Assembly (NCBI GenBank): GCA_938030705.1
Contig: CALHIR010000002.1
Span: 2,515 to 66,514 of the forward strand
Direction: 5' to 3'
DNA length: 64,000 nt
Source of the DNA: Candidatus Poseidoniaceae archaeon
GTDB lineage: Archaea; Thermoplasmatota; Poseidoniia; Poseidoniales; Poseidoniaceae
How positions within the stretch are numbered: position 1 is the stretch's first letter; each line of letters begins with the position of its first letter. Under the pieces are notes generated by a model, which searched no databases, was not told the origin of the DNA, and was given only the letters and a program-made list of their open reading frames with translations. Positions 58,428 through 64,000 of the stretch are shown here, in pieces. The translations under genes were made by a program, and so were the position numbers.

Positions 58428-59189
58428 ATGACGGAAGGAACCATCACGCCTGAGGTCCAAATCAAAGAGCTCCAAGAGGCGCTCGCCACCGAAACAGACC
58501 GCCTGCAAAAGTTGTTTGCTGCGTACGAAACTCAAGAGAAGGAACTTGTTGACGCCAAGGCGGAAATTGAGGTCCTCGAGAAGGAGATCATCGACCGAGA
58601 AATCGAAAAAGAATCGTTGGAATCCATCATCGCCGAAAAAGATGTTCGGGTTCGTGAACTGGAGATGAAAGCCACGAAGAACTCCAAGCGTGTTGAACAC
58701 CTTGAACCCGAATTGGATAAGATGGAAGAGAAGTACTCCCGTGAAAAGGACCGCCTCGGCAAGGTCTTCGGCATCGCAGAAGAGTTGGACAACGATTTGC
58801 GCTTGGCCGTCACGGAAATGAAGGCACGAGACGACTGGTATGTCGCCCACATGCAAATCTTCGAAGACCTGAACAAGGCCATCAAGGAACGCTACGAGAT
58901 GATCGAGCGAGCCGTTGAATCCGAACGAAAATCGCAACACATGTCCCGTGCGTTCACCGATCGCGTGGAAGAAATGGTCCAGGCTCGAAGCGAAGAGATG
59001 GCTGAAGAAGAGGCTGAAAGCGCACAGGCAGAAGAAGCGACAGCGGCCGTTGAGGTGGTCGAAGAAGCCGTTGCCGAAGAAGCACCGGCTGAAGCCGAAG
59101 CCGAGCAAGAGGCACCTTCTGAAGAGGCTTCAGAGGCGAACCCTGCCGCTGAGTGGGGCGATGCACAAGACCCCTGGGCTGCGGAGTAA
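58428..59189 (+). CDS. Long coiled-coil protein with acidic Ala/Glu tail
   Basis: About 190 aa of uninterrupted E/K/L/I heptads, then a low-complexity EEA tail ending EWGDAQDPWAAE. Confidence 0.8.
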   Translation: MTEGTITPEVQIKELQEALATETDRLQKLFAAYETQEKELVDAKAEIEVLEKEIIDREIEKESLESIIAEKDVRVRELEMKATKNSKRVEHLEPELDKMEEKYSREKDRLGKVFGIAEELDNDLRLAVTEMKARDDWYVAHMQIFEDLNKAIKERYEMIERAVESERKSQHMSRAFTDRVEEMVQARSEEMAEEEAESAQAEEATAAVEVVEEAVAEEAPAEAEAEQEAPSEEASEANPAAEWGDAQDPWAAE

Positions 59190-59197
59190 GTGGTTGA

Positions 59198-60058
59198 ATG
59201 GCCGGATTGGCCCCTGGCGGCCACGGGCCCGTCCTGACGATGACCATGATGGGCGTCAGCGCCCTCATCATCGGCTCACTTATCGATCCACTGGCTGGTC
59301 TTGTGCCTCTTTTTGGCATGGGTTGCCTGATGACGGCCGTGTTCTTTGGCTATTTTTGGCGAGACCCCGACCGCCCGATTCCCCGAACCGATGGCGTCTT
59401 GGTTTCACCTGCCGACGGCCACGCAATGTTTCTGCGAAGAGAGCGGGCCACGGGCCGTCGCCCTTCGAAAGCCGACCTCTCGGAAGGGCGCGTGGAAACC
59501 GACCCTTTGACCGGTGATTGGTTTCCCGAACCGCTTGACAAACCGTTGAGCTTCAAAACCGAGCAGCGCTACGAAGCCGTCAACCAAGGGGAAGAACAAC
59601 CAAGCGATGTTTGGCGCTTGGCCATTTTCATGTCACCTCTCGACGTCCATGTGAACCGAGCCCCTGCTGCAGCCACCGTGGAGCGGATTGAACACCGAAC
59701 GGGGAAAGGGCGACGCCGAGGGCCGTTTCTTCCGGCTTACAAGAAAGAGAGCGAACACAACGAGCGCGTCCGCTCTGTGCATCTTCTTGAAACCGGGCAC
59801 CGCATTGAAATCACCCAAATTTCAGGGGCACTGGCCCGAACGGTTGTGCCCTATGCCTTTGACGGTGATGACGTACGACGAGGTCAGCGTATCGGCATGA
59901 TACGTTTGGGTTCAAGAGTGGACCTTCGCGTTCCTGCTGAGGCATACATTTCATCAATTATCACGGCGGAGCACCAAGAGAAGGACCATCCGAAGGGGAT
60001 GCATTTGATGGCAGGAACCAGCGTGGTCTTTGAGCCAATTTTGGGGGATGAAGAGTGA
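59198..60058 (+). CDS. psd: Phosphatidylserine/archaetidylserine decarboxylase proenzyme
   Basis: FWRDPDR, VSPADG, IFMSPLDVHVNRAP, NER, QISGALAR, self-cleavage site GMIRLGSRVD. Confidence 0.92.
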   Translation: MAGLAPGGHGPVLTMTMMGVSALIIGSLIDPLAGLVPLFGMGCLMTAVFFGYFWRDPDRPIPRTDGVLVSPADGHAMFLRRERATGRRPSKADLSEGRVETDPLTGDWFPEPLDKPLSFKTEQRYEAVNQGEEQPSDVWRLAIFMSPLDVHVNRAPAAATVERIEHRTGKGRRRGPFLPAYKKESEHNERVRSVHLLETGHRIEITQISGALARTVVPYAFDGDDVRRGQRIGMIRLGSRVDLRVPAEAYISSIITAEHQEKDHPKGMHLMAGTSVVFEPILGDEE

Positions 60059-61128
60059 GTGGATGGCGACGAACCGTACCGGCGGTGTTGATTTTTCTGA
60101 TCGCGAGCATGCCTTTTGCCTACTTCCAAGTCGGCAACCTCGTTTACACACAAGCGGCCGCAAGCAGTCCGGATTGCTCTGGCCATTCGGCCCGTAATTC
60201 TCCTGACGGGTTCAGCGTTGAATTGTGGCACGAAGACGTGTCCACGGTCACTCATCAGAAGAACGAGACGCTGGCTTCAGACCTTGAATCGTTGTGGTTT
60301 GACGAGTGGGACAACGTCACCATCGATGTTCCTGATGAACCCATCACGCTGGCGGCATGGGTGATGGAACACGATGCGGAACAGCCTTGGGTCATCGTCG
60401 TGCACGGTATTCGGTCATGCAAAGCCAACCATGAGGTTCTCATTCCAGCGGCTTGGCTCCATCAAGCAGGGTTCAACGTCATGTTGTTTGATATGCGGGA
60501 CCATGGCGATAGCACGACTGAAGACGGTTTGGTCTCTGCAGGTCAGCGAGAATATCGCGACCTTCTCGCTGTCTGGCAGTGGATTCAGGACGAAAAGGGT
60601 ACATCGCCCGAGAACATCGGTGCGATTGGCATCTCGATGGGAGCTGGAGCCGTCACCATCGCGTTTGAGCAGGAGCCTGCCTTGCAATCAATTTTCCTTG
60701 AATCACCGTTTTCGTCCATGGGCACGATCATTCACGAAGAATTAGAGTTTGCAGGCTTCCCGCCCTTCCTCAAGAACGCAGCCATCTTTGCCGGTAAGGT
60801 CTCCTCTGGTGATGATTTGGTCAGGTATGAACCCATCAACGCCATGGCTGAGGTTGGCAACCGGTCGGTCTTCATTACCCAATCTTTGGAAGATGTTCGC
60901 ATCAACATTCATCACGGTGAGTCCATGTGCGAAGCCGCTCGAGAAGGCGTCAATGAGGATGGACAGGTTGAATGTTGGTTTGCATCGTCGGGGGTGGCTC
61001 ACAACGATGGCGACCGAGAAGGCATTCTGTCTCACATCACCCTGATGCTCACCCAACCCGACGAATACCGAAACCGACTGGTCAGTTTCTTCGAAGCAAG
61101 CATTGGCCAGCCCGATGCGGTGGTTTGA
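60055..61128 (+). CDS. Membrane-anchored alpha/beta hydrolase
   Basis: N-terminal TM; VHG, FDMRDHGDS, nucleophile GISMGA, ESPFSS, D and H near the C-terminus. Confidence 0.88.
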   Translation: MSGWRRTVPAVLIFLIASMPFAYFQVGNLVYTQAAASSPDCSGHSARNSPDGFSVELWHEDVSTVTHQKNETLASDLESLWFDEWDNVTIDVPDEPITLAAWVMEHDAEQPWVIVVHGIRSCKANHEVLIPAAWLHQAGFNVMLFDMRDHGDSTTEDGLVSAGQREYRDLLAVWQWIQDEKGTSPENIGAIGISMGAGAVTIAFEQEPALQSIFLESPFSSMGTIIHEELEFAGFPPFLKNAAIFAGKVSSGDDLVRYEPINAMAEVGNRSVFITQSLEDVRINIHHGESMCEAAREGVNEDGQVECWFASSGVAHNDGDREGILSHITLMLTQPDEYRNRLVSFFEASIGQPDAVV

Positions 61129-61164
61129 AACGAGGGATGCTGACGGCGGCCTACGGTGAAGCTC

Positions 61165-62331
61165 ATGACCGACGTCAATCCACTTCCATTGCTCGGTCAA
61201 GGGAAGAAGGGCTTGCGAATCCACGACTTGGTCAAAGCCCCCGCCAACACCCCTTGGGCGAAAGCCAAGCAACAATCGTGGGATGCCAGCGAGCCAGCCA
61301 CCGTTTACACCACGCCAGAAGTGCTGGCAGACGGCACGCCCTGCAGTGCAGTCACCGTGATTTTACGCACCAAAGGATGTCACTGGTGGTGGTCGTCCGG
61401 TTGTACCTTCTGCGGCTACTTTAACGATACCCGAGACGATGTAACCAGCGATGACCTGCACGCTCAATGGGCTGCAGCCAAAGAAAAGTTTGACGATTTC
61501 AACGACCAAGCAATGGTCAAGGTCTACACCTCGGGCAGTCTGCTCGAGGACCGGGAAATACCGGTGGCCTTCCAGGAAACGGTGCTTCGGGATTGTGCTG
61601 AACTCGGCAAGGAACTGATCGTCGAGAGCCGTTGCGAGCAATTGACGGAGGAGAAACTTCGCTGGGCGACCTCGATTAACGACACCTTCACCGTCGCTAT
61701 CGGGCTTGAGGCCTACGATGATGAAGTGCTTCGCTTCCACGTCAACAAAGGTTTCAGCACGGCTTCTTGGGACCGCGCAGTGGCAAACCTCCAGAAGTTC
61801 AACCTCCGCATCAAGACCTACTTGATGTTCAAGCCGCCGTTCATGAATGAAGCCGATGCGTTGGACCACTGCGTCAAATGGATTGAAGCGGTGGCTGAAC
61901 AATCCGACGAAATTTCCGTGAACCCCATGAACATCCAACGTGGCACCGTCATTGACCGTCTTCATCGGCACAACGAATACAGGCCCCCTTGGCTTTGGTC
62001 ACTGGTCGACATGATTCGACGTGCTCACCCGCTGATTCATCCCAAGGGAGGCGTCAACGGTGATGAGGACCAAGTGTCTCGTCTCATTGTCCACCCGACG
62101 GCCGGAGGAAAGATTCGTGGATCGCACAATTGCGGAGCATGCGATGCTGAGGTCGTGGCCGCCATTGAGCGCTACGCTGTTTCAGGCAGCCTTCTCGAGT
62201 TTGACGGCTTGACGTGTGATTGTGAGGCAGTTTGGAAAAACGAGGTGAACCTTGAGCGCCAACTCCCCGTCCCACTCGGCCTTTCAAAACCACGCCGAGG
62301 TTCGGTCGTCGATCGACTTCGTTCGCCTTGA
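61165..62331 (+). CDS. Archaeosine biosynthesis radical SAM protein RaSEA
   Basis: VILRTKGCHWWWSSGCTFCGY, KVYTSGS, VESR, AIGLE, YLMFKPPF, YRPPWLWS, RGSHNCGACD. Confidence 0.9.
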   Translation: MTDVNPLPLLGQGKKGLRIHDLVKAPANTPWAKAKQQSWDASEPATVYTTPEVLADGTPCSAVTVILRTKGCHWWWSSGCTFCGYFNDTRDDVTSDDLHAQWAAAKEKFDDFNDQAMVKVYTSGSLLEDREIPVAFQETVLRDCAELGKELIVESRCEQLTEEKLRWATSINDTFTVAIGLEAYDDEVLRFHVNKGFSTASWDRAVANLQKFNLRIKTYLMFKPPFMNEADALDHCVKWIEAVAEQSDEISVNPMNIQRGTVIDRLHRHNEYRPPWLWSLVDMIRRAHPLIHPKGGVNGDEDQVSRLIVHPTAGGKIRGSHNCGACDAEVVAAIERYAVSGSLLEFDGLTCDCEAVWKNEVNLERQLPVPLGLSKPRRGSVVDRLRSP

Positions 62332-62439
62332 ATGCGGCTTTGCAGGCCGTGCTTTTTCGTTCAAAGAAGTGGTGAATGTTTATCACCGCCCATCAAGTCG
62401 CAGGCTTGACCCCTATGGGGTCAGTTTGAGGTGAACTGC

Positions 62440-62712
62440 ATGACAAACTCTCGAGCCCTTCCCGACACGACGGTCGGAACAGGTGAACCAGCCGCCAGCC
62501 GTATCGTCTTGACCCTGTTTTTTGTGGGCCTTTTGGGCTTGTATTCCCTGTTTTCAAACGTGTTCGGTTGGGACAACCTTCCGCTCCTCGGTGAATTGGT
62601 TCCACTGGTTCAGAACCTCGGTGGAAGCGGCATCTGGTACTACCTCATCGGTTTCCTTGTTGGCATCGGTGCGATTGTAGCGACCTTGGTGGGCGAGGTA
62701 CTCGCTGAATGA
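62440..62712 (+). CDS. Small two-TM membrane protein
   Basis: SD GAGGTGA (62428-62434) then ATG 62440; two hydrophobic helices. Confidence 0.75.
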   Translation: MTNSRALPDTTVGTGEPAASRIVLTLFFVGLLGLYSLFSNVFGWDNLPLLGELVPLVQNLGGSGIWYYLIGFLVGIGAIVATLVGEVLAE

Positions 62713-62726
62713 TGGAGGTGTGATGC

Positions 62727-64000
62727 ATGGAAACCATTTTCATATCCGGCTCCTTTTTTGTGGCGCTTCTCTTCCTCCTTTCACAATCCCTTTCCAAGGG
62801 TGTAGGCTCCGTTGGCGGTGCCTTGAAACAAATCGGTTTGTTCATCCTGCAAAAGAACCCACCCGGCTTGGTTGACATCTTTGACGACCGAGACGGCAGC
62901 GGCTCCCGGACTTGGATGAACTTTGGTATGCTCTGGCTCGTGTTCGCTTCCCTGCTCGGCTTTTTGAGCGGCTGGCATAACTACGACCCCTCGGCCCTCG
63001 ATTCACTCGCCAGCGTGGGTTGGTCCTACGACGACGGCTCGGCTTTGACCGATGCTACCCTCAACTTCCTGACCATCGCTTTGCTTTACGGCATGATTGG
63101 AAGCGGTATGGTCGCCACCTCCCGAAACAGCAACGGTCGTTTGGCCAGCGAAGCCAACGCTTCCATGGTGGCCGTGTTGCTCTCTGCTGTTCTCGTGGCC
63201 AGCTATCTGCTTCCCTTCATCTTCGGTTTCCTCGACATCGATACCGAAACCGGTGGCGTTGCCACGATGCTCTACAGCCTCGAAACGCTGGCCATCGGCT
63301 TGCTTCTCGTTCCCGTGTTCATCAACGTCCTGATCACGGCCGCCAACCGAGGCGAACAAGAGCTTCAGACCAGCGTCTGGTTCCTCATCATGGGTCTGGC
63401 CGCTTACATCGTCTCGATGGTCTACATGTTCTTTGGCGAACTCGCCAACTCCACGCAAACGGTGTGGTTGGCTGAACGTGTCGCTCACGGGTGGGTTCCG
63501 CTCGCTCTCATGTTCTCGGTCGGCTATCACGTCATCCCCATGACGGCGAAGCAACCCATCTGGTCCGCCTCCATGCGAAGCGCCAGCATGCTGTTGCTGT
63601 TCATGACCATCCCACCTTTCTTCATGACCGACGCCTCGGCGAGCAATTTCGTCACCAACCTCGGTGCCATCTTGCTGACGCTTGGCGTGTTGCCCATCTT
63701 CGCCGCCTCCATCAACCTCCTGATGACGGCGAGTTCGGGTTTGAGCGCCATTGTCAAGCAGCCCGGCGCCATTGCTGCCACCATGGCTTTCCTCGCCCTC
63801 CCGTTCTTTGCAGTGGGTGGCTACTTCACCGCCATGGACACGTTCGTCGGCACCGGTGAACTCGGCTCTATGGGCGACATCGTGAACATGAGCATGTTGT
63901 TCACCGTTGGCGGTTTACTTGTTCTCGCTGGCGTGTTCACCAACTACCCCAACGCCATCGGCAAGCCCCTCGCCACGCCATCCACGGCGACCCTTGCTAC
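62727..64000 (+). CDS. Polytopic membrane protein resembling cbb3-type heme-copper oxidase subunit I, 3' truncated (absent from the ORF track because there is no stop in the window)
   Basis: SD GGAGGTG, ATG 62727, open to the window end. My translation: METIFISGSFFVALLFLLSQ...QTSVWFLIMG...WLAERVAHGWVPLALMFSVGYHVIPMTAKQPIWSASM...NYPNAIGKPL; at least ten TM segments. Confidence 0.7.
   Translation, partial: METIFISGSFFVALLFLLSQSLSKGVGSVGGALKQIGLFILQKNPPGLVDIFDDRDGSGSRTWMNFGMLWLVFASLLGFLSGWHNYDPSALDSLASVGWSYDDGSALTDATLNFLTIALLYGMIGSGMVATSRNSNGRLASEANASMVAVLLSAVLVASYLLPFIFGFLDIDTETGGVATMLYSLETLAIGLLLVPVFINVLITAANRGEQELQTSVWFLIMGLAAYIVSMVYMFFGELANSTQTVWLAERVAHGWVPLALMFSVGYHVIPMTAKQPIWSASMRSASMLLLFMTIPPFFMTDASASNFVTNLGAILLTLGVLPIFAASINLLMTASSGLSAIVKQPGAIAATMAFLALPFFAVGGYFTAMDTFVGTGELGSMGDIVNMSMLFTVGGLLVLAGVFTNYPNAIGKPLATPSTATLA

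Overview
Archaeal chromosomal DNA, most consistent with Marine Group II Euryarchaeota (Ca. Poseidoniales, Thermoplasmatota). This is inferred from gene content: archaeal rpl18e-rpl13-rps9-rpoN-tRNA-Pro, MCM, GatE, Trm1, RaSEA, PAC2 and Pth2 alongside bacterial-type LigA and AddAB, plus giant acidic membrane-anchored surface proteins. About 48 CDS (two truncated by the window edges) and two tRNAs (Pro-GGG on +, Arg-GCG on -). I saw no CRISPR array, transposase, integrase or rRNA. Signals most worth following: (1) a canonical ORB (Orc1/Cdc6 box) plus an inverted partial ORB directly upstream of the mcm promoter; (2) a strongly divergent TFB paralogue with a rewritten B-reader and BRE-recognition helix, sitting in an AT-rich regulatory region; (3) two orphan genes 20 kb apart that share both a protein module and a near-identical promoter; (4) a window-wide non-canonical TATA element (TT[C/G]A[T/A]N) 29-31 nt before apparently leaderless start codons; (5) a cbb3 oxidase subunit I-like membrane protein lacking the metal-ligand histidines; (6) a beta-propeller/DUF4430 + ECF S-component pair that looks like a B12 uptake unit; (7) an AddAB-type pair in which both nucleases carry Fe-S staple cysteines. 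All family calls come from motif recognition by eye; no database searches were run.
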